Part shown: positions 1 to 9,539 of the stretch, in pieces
How positions within the stretch are numbered: position 1 is the stretch's first letter
Layout of the letters: every line of letters begins with the position of its first letter
Program-made: the position numbers and the translations under genes
Source: Pyrinomonadaceae bacterium
GTDB taxonomy: Bacteria > Acidobacteriota > Blastocatellia > Pyrinomonadales > Pyrinomonadaceae
DNA length: 46,675 nucleotides
Direction: 5' to 3'
NCBI GenBank assembly: GCA_035274235.1
Contig: DATEOJ010000205.1
Coordinates: forward strand, 1-46,675
Notes under the pieces: model-generated
The model's input: the letters and a program-made list of their open reading frames with translations, nothing else
What the model was told of the DNA's origin: nothing
Database searches by the model: none

Positions 1-1150
1 TCGCGATCTGTGCGCCCGGGCGGACTACCAATGCTCGGGCGATTGCTTTCCAATGAGGCTTGTCGACGATATAGTTCGCGATCGGTGGCGACACCGTTTC
101 GTAGAAGCTTACGAACTTCCTGCCCGCAAAAAACTTCTTTAAGTCGTCGTCCCTGAATGAACGAAGAAGCCGCACTTCGGGTGAATCCGCGCCATGGACC
201 GCAGTTGCGATGAAGCATGGCTTGCCGCCCGAACCGGGGGTGATTTGTATCGGCGGCAGTTTGCTGAACACGCCTCCGAACGCTCCGAGCGCACCGCGAA
301 TTTCGAGGACGCCACCCGGATCGGGTGTTACGTTTGTAGACCGGACGGAGAGCACGACTCCCGGGGGCAGCGTGTCGCCGGTTTGCAGCGCGCGTCCGAT
401 CCCTTTCGCGATCTCTACGTTCAATGCCTTCTCCAATGCCTGTTGTATCTGCGGTCTCATTCGGGTAAGTACAAAACCGCTGAATGCGTTCAGTACCGAA
501 GCGATGATGGATGCAATGACGTTAGTGCCCGGGGCGAACGTCACACTCATATTCCGCGGGCCGACGTTCAGGCTTTCCGTCTCGGCTGCCCTCACATCAG
601 ACGAGGGAGACAATACGATCTGTCCCATGGCGGTGAACGCGAGCAAGGTACCCGTCGCCATCGTAGTACCAGTTGCCGCGATGTCGATCGCATCGTTGAC
701 GAGAGTAAGGGTGACCGCGGTGATGATGGTGGTAGTTCCGGGGTCGGCCGTGATTGGTAATGGGGGAAGCATCGCAGTGAGTTCAGCGTTGGTAAATCTC
801 CGCGTGGCCGTTACTATCTCGACCGCTTCGGCGGGAAGGTCGTCCGGGAATGCTCCCGAGCGGAACAGCCACCCGGTATCATTGGCAACCCGAGGAGTAT
901 CCTGGACGCTGAGCGCCACGCTTCTTGAAGCGTACGCAAAATTCGTCGGGCCCGGGAAATCGACGAGCAGCGGCGCCGAGAGGTCTTTCTTAACGAGACC
1001 CATTGTCGAACCCTGCTCCTGCTGCATGTTTCCGGATCCTGTTCCGGTTCCAACCACGGACCAACTCATCCAAACACGCGCGGTTACATCGGCCGTGGTG
1101 GATGCACCACCCTCCGTGTCCAGAAGGGTCACATTTGTCGAATATGGCAT
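1..1150 (-). CDS. hypothetical protein, N-terminal ~383 codons (ORF runs off the left edge); contains a CFIATA..(EV..LR.FRD) module
   Basis: Absent from the ORF track because it has no in-window stop. ATG at 1150-1148 is preceded by AAGGAG (1158-1163), and the frame is open to base 1. Manual translation: MPYSTNVTLLDTEGG...SGGKPCFIATAVHGADSPEVRLLRSFRDDDLKKFFAGRKFVSFYETVSPPIANYIV. The + ORF 210..1355 is its antisense shadow. Confidence 0.6.
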   Translation of the reverse strand, partial: MPYSTNVTLLDTEGGASTTADVTARVWMSWSVVGTGTGSGNMQQEQGSTMGLVKKDLSAPLLVDFPGPTNFAYASRSVALSVQDTPRVANDTGWLFRSGAFPDDLPAEAVEIVTATRRFTNAELTAMLPPLPITADPGTTTIITAVTLTLVNDAIDIAATGTTMATGTLLAFTAMGQIVLSPSSDVRAAETESLNVGPRNMSVTFAPGTNVIASIIASVLNAFSGFVLTRMRPQIQQALEKALNVEIAKGIGRALQTGDTLPPGVVLSVRSTNVTPDPGGVLEIRGALGAFGGVFSKLPPIQITPGSGGKPCFIATAVHGADSPEVRLLRSFRDDDLKKFFAGRKFVSFYETVSPPIANYIVDKPHWKAIARALVVRPGAQIA

Positions 1151-1328
1151 TGACGTACTCCTTATCTGCTGCGGACTAGGAGCACGACGATGTTCGATTT
1201 CGGTTTTTGCACTTGCCGGAACCCTGCATTCGAAGATACGAGTGGCAAAGCTCGAGGAGCACGAGGTCGGAGCGTGGGAAGGAGCACTTCACATTTACGG
1301 AATTACCGAACGACACCGATCCCGGAAA

Positions 1329-2327
1329 TCAGATGAGAGAAAACAGCGTCCGTAAAAACAAATCCAAAGTCTGGGCGGAGAACAACTCGTATGAAGCCGA
1401 CGCTGACTGCTTAGTCGCGCGGGCGCCCGGCATTTTGTCGACAGTCATGATGATCGCCGACTTTCCATCGGGCGTGATCTTTCTTACACGCGGCATCCAT
1501 TCGACACGATTGTCGCCGCCGGTGTGAAGGAACTCGAGTGAGTAGACGATGTCACCAAAAACCGCGACGTCGGTTGGGGCCCACGGGCTTTCTGTTTGAA
1601 CCAACGTGGCGATCTTTCCGTCGGGTGTGATCTTTAAGACACGAGCGTCACCGTTGTCAGCGACATACACGGCTCCATTTTGATCGACCTTCAAACCGCG
1701 AAGATATGGATGTTGATCGACGTCGGGAATCGAAGGTGCTCCTGCATGCGGGGCAACGGTCGCGATCGTCGTCGCTGTACCGTCGGCGGCGATCCGCCTG
1801 ATCGCGTTGTTCTCCGTGTAGTAGATCGAACCGTTCGGGCCGGTCGTGATCCCGTTGATCCAACCGAGTGCGGCTCCGGCGACGGATCGAGGAAGCGTGG
1901 CGAACGCCGATGTGTTGCCAGTCGGCGTAGTTCGCATGATCCGTACGTTGCGTTCGCGGACGGAGGGGTAGTAAAGATTTCCATCCTGTCCGACGACGAG
2001 CGGGAAGTCGGTGGAGATGACGATCGTCGGATTCGAGCCGGCGGATGTCAGCACCCAGTCGTGGCCGGTGTCAGTGGGCAGACGCGATTGCGTGAATCGA
2101 TTGCTCGGATCCATCGCGATCCAGTGATTGAGCAATGGTGACAGGTGGCTCGGGACACCTTTCGTATCGATCTTCCACAAACCGGAACCGGTGTCGATGA
2201 AATAGATCTGACCCGACGCGTCGACGAGAATGCCGGATCCCGGATGAGCGAAGGCTGACGTTCCAGGCAAGCAGACGAATGCAATGCTGAGAGCGATTCG
2301 ACAGAACTTTCTCCGGAGGTGTTCCAT
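1329..2327 (-). CDS. secreted NHL-repeat / beta-propeller-like protein
   Basis: 332-aa ORF with a GGAGGA SD before ATG 2327 and a signal peptide (IALSIAFVCLPGTSAFA). Blade-like motifs recur: GQIYFIDTGSGLWKID, GSIYYTENNAIRRIAADG, GAVYVADNGDARVLKITPDG, VRKITPDG. Confidence 0.7.
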   Translation of the reverse strand: MEHLRRKFCRIALSIAFVCLPGTSAFAHPGSGILVDASGQIYFIDTGSGLWKIDTKGVPSHLSPLLNHWIAMDPSNRFTQSRLPTDTGHDWVLTSAGSNPTIVISTDFPLVVGQDGNLYYPSVRERNVRIMRTTPTGNTSAFATLPRSVAGAALGWINGITTGPNGSIYYTENNAIRRIAADGTATTIATVAPHAGAPSIPDVDQHPYLRGLKVDQNGAVYVADNGDARVLKITPDGKIATLVQTESPWAPTDVAVFGDIVYSLEFLHTGGDNRVEWMPRVRKITPDGKSAIIMTVDKMPGARATKQSASASYELFSAQTLDLFLRTLFSLI

Positions 2328-2421
2328 ATGTCCTCCTCGACACCGAGTTTAGTTTCTCAATTGTACTCCTCGTCACCAGTCAAAGTTTGAAAACCTTCGA
2401 TCCTCAACTAATCTACAAAAC

Positions 2422-3540
2422 ATGTATCGACGCATCCTTATTCTCTCCGCCTCTGTCGGTAACGGTCACACGACCGCGGCAGAAGCGCTCAAGCGGGCAT
2501 TCGAGGACAAACAACTCGCTCAAGAGATCCGGCACGAGGACGTGCTGAAGTTTACGAATCCGCTCTTCCGACGTCTGTACGGGAAGGCGTATCTAGACTT
2601 CGTCAATCACATTCCCGAAGTTCTAGGATGGATGTACGACCAACTCGATGAGCCGTGGAAGGCAGAGAAGCGTCGGATGTTTTTCGACAAGCTCAACACT
2701 ACGCCGCTCGTGAAATTGATTCGCGAATACGAGCCTGACTGGATCGTGTGCACACACTTCCTGCCATCGGAGATCGTCTCGGATCTCAAGTCGAGCGGAA
2801 AACTAAAATGTCCGCAGGCGATCGTCGTCACTGACTTCGACATGCACGCGCTTTGGCTGTGTCGAAACTTCGAACACTACTTCGTCGCGCTCGATGAGAC
2901 GAAGGCGTATCTCGACACGCTTGGTTTTCCGGCGGAGAAGATAACCGTTTCGGGTATCCCGATCGCTCCGCTGTTCAGCGAAGCGAAATCGAAGACGGAG
3001 ATGCGTGAGAAGTATGGGCTAGCGCCGGATGTGCCGACCGTGATCCTATCGCTCGGAGGTTTCGGTGTCGGACGCATCGATTCACTTCTCGATGCGCTTC
3101 GATCAATCCGTCGACCGGTACAGATCCTCGCGATGTGTGGCCGGAACGAAGAGCTGAAAAAGAAACTCGAGTCCGAACGGAAACCGGACGATAGGGTGCA
3201 GATCATTCCGGTCGGTTATACGAGAGAGATGGACGAGTATATGTCGGCGTCCGATGTGATCGTCGGAAAGCCCGGCGGTCTGACGACATGCGAAGCACTC
3301 GCGAAAGGACTCGTGTTCGTCATCGTCAACCCGATCCCCGGTCAGGAGGAACGCAATTCCGATCACCTTCTCGAAAACGGTGCGGCGATCCGTTCGAACA
3401 ATCCGGCGACGCTTGGTTATAAGATCGAGAAGCTGCTCGACGATCCAAAGCGGTTAGAGCAAATGCGTAAGAACGCACTCGCGTTCGCTCGTCCGAATGC
3501 AGCGATGACTATTGCGGAAGAGCTTGCGAAGTTAGGGTAG
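2422..3540 (+). CDS. GT28 glycosyltransferase, MGDG synthase / UgtP-like diacylglycerol glycosyltransferase
   Basis: 372 aa. The N-terminal ILILSASVGNGHTTAAEAL and C-terminal GKPGGLTTCEALAKGLVFVIVNPIPGQEERN motifs are typical of this family. Confidence 0.8.
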   Translation: MYRRILILSASVGNGHTTAAEALKRAFEDKQLAQEIRHEDVLKFTNPLFRRLYGKAYLDFVNHIPEVLGWMYDQLDEPWKAEKRRMFFDKLNTTPLVKLIREYEPDWIVCTHFLPSEIVSDLKSSGKLKCPQAIVVTDFDMHALWLCRNFEHYFVALDETKAYLDTLGFPAEKITVSGIPIAPLFSEAKSKTEMREKYGLAPDVPTVILSLGGFGVGRIDSLLDALRSIRRPVQILAMCGRNEELKKKLESERKPDDRVQIIPVGYTREMDEYMSASDVIVGKPGGLTTCEALAKGLVFVIVNPIPGQEERNSDHLLENGAAIRSNNPATLGYKIEKLLDDPKRLEQMRKNALAFARPNAAMTIAEELAKLG

Positions 3541-3579
3541 GGTTTTCTTCGTTGGTTTGCGGCCGAGGCCTTGCGAGGT

Positions 3580-3700
3580 CGGGGTGGTAAATCGACCGAT
3601 AGGTCGAAGCTTCAGCCCCAAGGGCTGATTGACCACCCCGTCATCCGCTTCGCTATCGCTCAGCGGATGCCAGCCCTCCTTCAGAAGGAGGGGAGCTTTT
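3580..3700. repeat. multi-hairpin palindromic (REP-like) element; the last hairpin plus T5 could terminate the GT28 gene
   Basis: An outer stem CGGGGTGGT(3580-3588)/ACCACCCCG(3632-3640) encloses two hairpins: CGACC-GATA-GGTCG (3593-3606) and CAGCCC-CAA-GGGCTG (3613-3627). These are followed by CATCCGCT..AGCGGATG (3642-3669), then CCCTCCTT-CAG-AAGGAGGG (3674-3692) and TTTTT (3696-3700). The element lies between convergent genes. Confidence 0.4.
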
Positions 3701-3731
3701 TGCGGTCGGCTACCAGCTACAGGTTTTGTTG

Positions 3732-4889
3732 TCAGCGTACTTTGATCGAAAACGGTGAGACATCGATCGTGGATGTTCCGGTCAGTGCGAGTTCGGCCAG
3801 AGTCTCGCCGATCGCCGCGGAGTGTTTGAACCCGTGACCCGAGCAGGGGGATGCGAGAAAAATGTTCTCGTCGGCCCAGTCGATAACAAAATTGCAGTCA
3901 GATGTAGTCGTGTAAAGACACACGGCCGATCGAACGCATCGCTCGCCGACTCCCCGAAGCCTTCCGGAAACATAGGTATCGAACATCCTGCGTGACTCTT
4001 CGCCCGAAACGTCTCGTTCCGCATACTCCGGTGTTGTCGTTGCTTCGAATTCCTCGGTCGCTAGTTTGAGGCCGCCGCCGGGTCCGGCCACGGCGGGGAT
4101 ACCATAGAAGAAATCGGTCGGGCCGCTGCCGGTCGACCAGATAAAGATCGGGAAGGAGTCTGCCGAGTAGTCCTCATGAGCAGCGGAGATGTCGAACCAA
4201 AAGAACACCTGGCGATAGATCTTAAAACGGTCTGACGGGATTCCGTCGACGAGTTCATTCACCCACGGCCCGGCAGATACGATCGCTTTGGCCGCAGAGT
4301 AATTTCCACGATCCGTAACAACGCTGACACCATCGCCAGGCTTCTCGACTCGCAGCACGCGTTCGTTCCGACGCAACATCGCACCGTTTTTCTCGGCCTG
4401 TTTCAACTGCGCCGCGACACATGACTCCGGTCGGACGAACCCCGCCTCGTCCTCGAAGTATCCTCGTTCGTTGTCGCTGAGAATGAACTGGGGGAATTCG
4501 TCAGTGATCTCTCCAGCGTTTAGGACGCGATGCTTTATTCCAAACTTTTGCGCGGCGTCGATTGTTGTTTGGAGAAAGTTCGAGCTTCCGTGAAAGGAGG
4601 GTTCGGACGCGGACGACATTATCAAACCGCCCGTAATGGTCAGAAGATCGTCACCCGTCTCGCTTTCCAACTCACGCCAGATCTCGTGCGAGCGAAGGGC
4701 GAACGGAACAAAATGTTCGCCCTCGCCGATAGCCAGTCGGGTGACCCGTGTTTCACCATGGGTCGAGCCCAACGTATGCGGCGGGGAATAACGATCGATG
4801 CCGATAACTTTCACGCCGCGTTTAGCGAGTTGGTAACAAGCGGCGCTGCCCATAGCCCCTAGACCGATGACGATGACGTCGGAATTCAT
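3732..4889 (-). CDS. FAD-dependent N-methyl-L-tryptophan / sarcosine oxidase (MSOX/SolA family)
   Basis: 385 aa with an N-terminal dinucleotide fold VIVIGLGAMGSAACYQLAKRG and a C-terminal SPCSGHGFKHSAAIGETLAEL motif characteristic of SolA/MSOX. Confidence 0.8.
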   Translation of the reverse strand: MNSDVIVIGLGAMGSAACYQLAKRGVKVIGIDRYSPPHTLGSTHGETRVTRLAIGEGEHFVPFALRSHEIWRELESETGDDLLTITGGLIMSSASEPSFHGSSNFLQTTIDAAQKFGIKHRVLNAGEITDEFPQFILSDNERGYFEDEAGFVRPESCVAAQLKQAEKNGAMLRRNERVLRVEKPGDGVSVVTDRGNYSAAKAIVSAGPWVNELVDGIPSDRFKIYRQVFFWFDISAAHEDYSADSFPIFIWSTGSGPTDFFYGIPAVAGPGGGLKLATEEFEATTTPEYAERDVSGEESRRMFDTYVSGRLRGVGERCVRSAVCLYTTTSDCNFVIDWADENIFLASPCSGHGFKHSAAIGETLAELALTGTSTIDVSPFSIKVR

Positions 4890-4957
4890 ACGAGAGAAGT
4901 GTGCAATAAGAAGGGCCCCCGGGGAAATCCGCCCAGGGGTGAGGATCGTAAAATGTG

Positions 4958-5068
4958 AAAGGCGTTTTGAACGCGGATCAGGCGGATCGAGCGAATCTGA
5001 AAAATATCTTCACGTGCTTCACCGCCCAAATCCGCTCGATCCGCCCCATCCGCGTTCAAAACGCCTTT
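4958..5068. repeat. long imperfect inverted repeat (about 37-nt arms, about 36-nt spacer) occupying most of the intergenic spacer
   Basis: Left arm 4958-4994 is AAAGGCGTTTTGAACGCGGATCAGGCGGATCGAGCGA. The reverse complement of 5031-5068 differs at about 4 positions. The arms contain 9-nt periodic (A/G)NGCGGATC units. Confidence 0.7.
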
Positions 5069-5081
5069 TTACCAAAAGGCT

Positions 5082-5549
5082 TCAACGATTCGAATTTGAA
5101 TTCTGCTCGGGCGGCTTCGGAAGCTTCTTGTACTTCATCGAGATATTTTCGGTATCCGAGATCTCCCACTGCCTGAGCACCCAGCCGGTTCGCAGTTCCC
5201 ATTGGGTACGGATCTGTCCGGCCAGAGAAATCGGATTGCGGGATCGGGGGCCCGACTGAGTTTTGATATCCAGGACGATCGTCGCACTTTCGGCCCTCAC
5301 TTCTTTCTCGACGACGACGATCTCCTTCGGCTCATTATCATAGAAGGTCCAATTGACCTTATCGCCGTTTCCGGTTTCTTCCGGCACTCCACGAATGAAG
5401 GTGAAGTTGATTCGCTCGCGGATCACATCGTCACTAAGTTCAGGGACGCTCGGGTCGGTCGCACCATCACCCGACGACGGCGGTCCGCAGCCGATCGAGA
5501 AGAACAGCAGCATAGCGAAGGAGAGAAATAAGATTTTACTCACCCGCAT
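5082..5549 (-). CDS. lipoprotein, unknown function (last gene of the ABC operon)
   Basis: ORF 5082..5612 trimmed to ATG 5549 (GGAG 8 nt upstream). It overlaps the upstream permease stop by 14 nt. [21 protein letters not shown] gives a signal peptide plus lipobox. Confidence 0.6.
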   Translation of the reverse strand: MRVSKILFLSFAMLLFFSIGCGPPSSGDGATDPSVPELSDDVIRERINFTFIRGVPEETGNGDKVNWTFYDNEPKEIVVVEKEVRAESATIVLDIKTQSGPRSRNPISLAGQIRTQWELRTGWVLRQWEISDTENISMKYKKLPKPPEQNSNSNR

Positions 5550-6426
5550 AACTGATCTCCATTCGACGTATGTTCCGCACCGCGAGAAATAGAACGACAG
5601 CGGTAAAGACAATAAGACTCGGCACCGAGATCCACGCCGGTGTCGGCTCGACGAGAACCGCGAACGGCCCTTCCGACATGCGTACCGGAACCAGAGAATT
5701 CAAATAGTGGATCACGCTTATCTTTTTCAAGAGCGGCGGCAGCAGAAAGTTTGTCCACTCCCATCCGTAAAGAAACAGACCTGGAATTATTGGATTGCGG
5801 AAAAACAGACCGACGATCAGAAAGACCGCACCATAGCCAACGCACGCGAGGATGGTAACGCCGAGGTATGTAAATAAGTGGCCCGCTCCCGCTCCGCCGA
5901 AAAAGTACTCCGACGACTCAGCCGGGAAGAGGCCGAAGTAAAGGATCAAAAGTGAAGCAGCGGTCGTGATGCTGAATAAGACGGCAGTCGCGATAAGGCC
6001 TGCGAGATATTTTCCGACCAGCAGCACGTCTCGCCTTACCGGCGAGAGGAAGTAGTAGTGCAGGCTTCGATCAACAACCTCACCGCGAAATAGATTCATG
6101 AAGACCCACGCACACCCGAAGAAGACGAGCGTTCGCAGGATGAGTCCGCCGTACACCGCGGCATAGACCTGGCTCAGCATCCCAAAGCTCTGCATCTCGC
6201 TTGTGTCCGGAGGGAAGATCGCCAGCATGGTGATGAGAAAGATCGGCAGTCCGGCGATCGGATAAAGCAAGAGTGCGCGACGGCTGAAAAAATTCTTTTT
6301 CAACTCGAGACGCATGATCGCAAGCGCTTGTCGGGTCCAAAGCGCCCAGGATGTCGCCCGCGCCGCGACTGGTTGTTCGACATTCGTCGCGGCCGACGGA
6401 TTTGTAATTTCGGAGGTTGAACTCAT
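5536..6426 (-). CDS. ABC-2 type transporter permease (second copy)
   Basis: 296-aa polytopic membrane protein whose ATGA start/stop overlaps the upstream ATPase (6423-6426). Confidence 0.65.
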   Translation of the reverse strand: MSSTSEITNPSAATNVEQPVAARATSWALWTRQALAIMRLELKKNFFSRRALLLYPIAGLPIFLITMLAIFPPDTSEMQSFGMLSQVYAAVYGGLILRTLVFFGCAWVFMNLFRGEVVDRSLHYYFLSPVRRDVLLVGKYLAGLIATAVLFSITTAASLLILYFGLFPAESSEYFFGGAGAGHLFTYLGVTILACVGYGAVFLIVGLFFRNPIIPGLFLYGWEWTNFLLPPLLKKISVIHYLNSLVPVRMSEGPFAVLVEPTPAWISVPSLIVFTAVVLFLAVRNIRRMEISYAGE

Positions 6427-7412
6427 CGCGTTTGCCCTCCATCGGATGTGATCAAATATTGGTACACCGCGTTCAGATCATCGTCGACCGGCGCAACCGA
6501 TTCGACCTGCAGACTCTCCTCGGTTATGACCTTATTCAGTGACAGATAGAAGTCATCCGGCCGCAGCGTTTTCACAAACAGCCCTTTCCGGTCGTCATGT
6601 ATGCGAGCCTCGACCATATACTCATGTTGAAAAAGCCGGGCCGCTAATGTCTGCGGCCGATCGCAACGAATCAATATCTGGATCGGGTGTTCTTCGATCT
6701 CGTCACGCACGCCATGGACTTCACCTTCCGCCACCACGTAACCGTTATGCAGAAGCACCACGCTGTCAGACATCATATCGACTTCGTGGAGGATGTGACT
6801 CGAGATAACGAGATACATTCCCGCATCGGCCAGTCCGCGGAACAAGCGAATAATCTCAGCACGGGCCATGGGATCGAGACCGTTCAACGGTTCGTCCAAA
6901 ACGAGAACCGACGGTCCGTGGGCGATCGATTGTGCGAGCCGAACGCGTTGCCGCATTCCTTTGCTGAACGCGGAGATCTTGCGGTCCGCCGCTTCGAGCA
7001 TCGACACGCGTTCGAGAGCAGTGTGTGCAAGTTCGCGAGTCTGCTGTCGGGTATACCCGTGGACCAAAAGATAGAACTCTATGAAATCGCGTGCGGTGGC
7101 TCCCGGCGGAAACGAGTCGAACTGCGAACAATACCCGACCTTTTGAAACATCGCTTCGGGCTCGTCAGGGGATATTCCGAGAACCCGTATGCTGCCACGC
7201 GTCGGCCTGAGCAAGCCGGTCATCAAGTTCATCAACGTCGTCTTTCCTGACCCGTTCGGTCCGACGAGGCTGGTGATGCCGGGCGCGATCTGAAGGTTGA
7301 CGCGATTGACGCCGAGGATGTCGCCGTAGAATTTCGATACGTCTTCAAAGACGATCATCCGCTCAGAAGTTGGCGGTGCGGTCGCCGTAGCTGCCTGGGT
7401 GTGCGGTGTCAT
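6423..7412 (-). CDS. ABC transporter ATP-binding protein (second copy)
   Basis: Trimmed to ATG 7412, which forms an ATGA overlap with the stop of 7409..8338. Walker [10 protein letters not shown], signature-like FSKGMRQR and Walker B VLVLDEP are present, plus a C-terminal extension of about 100 aa. Confidence 0.8.
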   Translation of the reverse strand: MTPHTQAATATAPPTSERMIVFEDVSKFYGDILGVNRVNLQIAPGITSLVGPNGSGKTTLMNLMTGLLRPTRGSIRVLGISPDEPEAMFQKVGYCSQFDSFPPGATARDFIEFYLLVHGYTRQQTRELAHTALERVSMLEAADRKISAFSKGMRQRVRLAQSIAHGPSVLVLDEPLNGLDPMARAEIIRLFRGLADAGMYLVISSHILHEVDMMSDSVVLLHNGYVVAEGEVHGVRDEIEEHPIQILIRCDRPQTLAARLFQHEYMVEARIHDDRKGLFVKTLRPDDFYLSLNKVITEESLQVESVAPVDDDLNAVYQYLITSDGGQTR

Positions 7413-8338
7413 CTGATCACCTCGTAAGCTCGCACGCGTCGGGTGAGGACGAGAACACAGACGGCGCAGACAATCGCGACGACGAGCCACGACGCCCATA
7501 GCGGCGGTTCTAACAACGCTATATCAAAGAACTGTTTTTCATAGATCGGATTTGTAACCGTTCCGCGAACGGAGCCCGTCTGTCGTTTGAAGAGACCGAA
7601 AAGACCAAGCCAGATATTGTTCACGGTCGCCCACAAACTGATCAGATGTCCGGCACGCGTCAGAAACAGATTGTTAACGATCTCGCCGAACGCACTCGGT
7701 ACGAAGAAGATTCCCAGCAACGCGCCGCTCGCGACTACCCGCCACTTAACGACCGCGGAAACGGCGAGTGCAAGCAGCGACAGCAACGTGATCCAAAGCA
7801 TGCTCGAGAGAAAGATGGATTGGATGATCCACACGTTACTCCAGAACCAGGTGAGGCTGGTGAGCGAAACCTGAAAGAAAAAGAGCAGCAGACCGGGTAC
7901 CCATGTGATGAGCGACAGAAGGAAAACTATAACGGCCATCTTGCCGAGGACGTATTCGAGTCGAGAAAGCGGACGACACAAGTAGAGTGGCAATGCGTTG
8001 TTGGACAAGTCGCGCGAGATGAGCGGCGGTGCGACGAGAATCGTAAGAATGAAGGCGAAGTATCCTTGAACCTCTACAAAGGTTCGAAAGAACGAAGCAT
8101 TTATCGGCAGCAGCTCGCGAACGTTGATCTGCAACATCGCAAGCGCGTTCGCGTTGTGATGCAGATAGACGAGTATGCTCGCGATTAGCGGGTAGATGAA
8201 GCAAAGGATAAAGAACGATGTGAAAAACTTCGACTTGAATACCTCGCGCAGGGCATAACGCGGGATCACAAGGAAGCGGGACAAAGGGGAATGTAACTCT
8301 CCCTCATACGCCCCGTACAAATTCTCATAAACCGCCAT
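7409..8338 (-). CDS. ABC-2 type transporter permease (first copy)
   Basis: 309-aa polytopic membrane protein that overlaps the upstream ATPase by 14 nt. Confidence 0.65.
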   Translation of the reverse strand: MAVYENLYGAYEGELHSPLSRFLVIPRYALREVFKSKFFTSFFILCFIYPLIASILVYLHHNANALAMLQINVRELLPINASFFRTFVEVQGYFAFILTILVAPPLISRDLSNNALPLYLCRPLSRLEYVLGKMAVIVFLLSLITWVPGLLLFFFQVSLTSLTWFWSNVWIIQSIFLSSMLWITLLSLLALAVSAVVKWRVVASGALLGIFFVPSAFGEIVNNLFLTRAGHLISLWATVNNIWLGLFGLFKRQTGSVRGTVTNPIYEKQFFDIALLEPPLWASWLVVAIVCAVCVLVLTRRVRAYEVIR

Positions 8339-9284
8339 TGTTTACCCTCCCGACAGACGGTGCGTGTCCGTTCTCCATCGCCTTTAGGAAAATGTCCTCC
8401 AGCGAATCGCGTTTGAAATTGAGTCGCCTGATCTGAATCCCGTGCTCGAGCGCAAGGCGGTATAGATCGCTGATCTCGACCGTTTCCTGCATGATCAGTT
8501 TCAGACGACGTTCGCCCGACAGGGCGCACTCGCATCCCATGCGCGTGATCGCTTCCGCGAACGCCGCACGATCGCCGCCGCGTGTCTCTAGTTCGATAAA
8601 TTTTCGGTTCGCCTTCCGCTCCTCTTCCAAATTGCAATTCGCAACGAGGTTGCCATCCTTTAATACCAGGATCTCGTCGCAGCATTCTTCGACGTCACGG
8701 AGAAGATGGGACGACAAAAGTATGCGGGCACGTCCTCCGTCGCGTATCTTGCGGATCATGGAGATCATGCGGCTGCGCGTCGGCGGATCGAGGCCGTTGG
8801 TCGGCTCATCGAGGATGATCAACTTTGGTCCATGGACTATCGCCTGTGCGAGTTTCGCGAGCTGCTTCATGCCAAGCGAGTAACTGTCGATCGGACGGTA
8901 ACGAGCTTCTCCCAAGCCGACGTAAAAAAGGGCTTGATGCGCGCGTTCCAGTGCATGATCTGACGGTATGCCGGAGAGCTCGGCCATGAGTCGGACGAAG
9001 TGAACGCACGACATCTTTGCGACAAACGAATCGTTCTCCGGCATGTACCCGACAGAGGACCGGACCTGTTTCGCGTCGTGCGTGATGTCTTGTCCAAAAA
9101 TACGCGCGGTGCCGGAGGTCGGCGGGTGAAAGCCGAGGAGCGTGTGGATGAGCGTCGTCTTGCCGGCGCCGTTCGGTCCGAGAAGTCCGATCGCGCGACC
9201 GCTCAAAGCACCGTCAAGCGATTTCAGGATCGGCCGCTTGCCGAAGGTAACGCTCAGTTGGTCTAGTTCGATGACGTTTGTCAT
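8325..9284 (-). CDS. ABC transporter ATP-binding protein (first copy)
   Basis: 319 aa with Walker [10 protein letters not shown], signature YSLGMKQL and Walker B LIILDEP. Confidence 0.85.
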   Translation of the reverse strand: MTNVIELDQLSVTFGKRPILKSLDGALSGRAIGLLGPNGAGKTTLIHTLLGFHPPTSGTARIFGQDITHDAKQVRSSVGYMPENDSFVAKMSCVHFVRLMAELSGIPSDHALERAHQALFYVGLGEARYRPIDSYSLGMKQLAKLAQAIVHGPKLIILDEPTNGLDPPTRSRMISMIRKIRDGGRARILLSSHLLRDVEECCDEILVLKDGNLVANCNLEEERKANRKFIELETRGGDRAAFAEAITRMGCECALSGERRLKLIMQETVEISDLYRLALEHGIQIRRLNFKRDSLEDIFLKAMENGHAPSVGRVNNGGL

Positions 9285-9348
9285 GCAGCTAAAAAATCTT
9301 TCCGGTTAGCTCATTGTAGACGGAACGAATTCAAGTTGGCATCGGTTT

Positions 9349-9413
9349 CTTTGCGAGCTTAGCGGGCTCTGCGTGAGAATAGATTTCACGCAGAGCCCGC
9401 CAAGCTCGCAAAG
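9349..9413. repeat. 28-bp-arm near-perfect inverted repeat (27/28) with a 9-nt loop
   Basis: CTTTGCGAGCTTAGCGGGCTCTGCGTGA (9349-9376), loop GAATAGATT, then TCACGCAGAGCCCGCCAAGCTCGCAAAG (9386-9413). It lies upstream of the ABC operon start. A related solo half (TTCACGCAAAGTCGCAAAGCCGCAAAG) sits at about 13073-13099. Confidence 0.75.
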
Positions 9414-9477
9414 GGCGATTCCGTCTGGAGCGATTAGCAACGATCAAGGAGCTCAAACACCGTCCGCAAAATATGAC

Positions 9478-9510
9478 AAAAACCGACGGACGATCGAGAT
9501 CGTCCGTCGG
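9478..9510 (-). terminator. Rho-independent terminator of the anti-sigma gene
   Basis: Perfect 13-bp stem CCGACGGACGATC/GATCGTCCGTCGG (9483-9510) followed on the minus strand by T5 (complement of A 9478-9482), 30 nt after the stop at 9540. Confidence 0.8.
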
Positions 9511-9539
9511 CGTGGTTAACTAACTTGCGAAGGGTTCGT

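Noticed and set aside
210-1355. 381-aa + strand ORF (and 194..760) at the left edge
   Set aside because: It is an antisense shadow of the minus-strand ORF 1..1150. That ORF has an AAGGAG SD and a coherent sequence with a recognisable motif. The + product is Ala/Val/Ser/Pro/Arg-rich with no SD or motifs.
3571-3837. 88-aa + ORF (..HPVIRFAIAQRMPALLQKEGSF..)
   Set aside because: It is a translation of the palindromic multi-hairpin element and runs antisense into the SolA-like gene.
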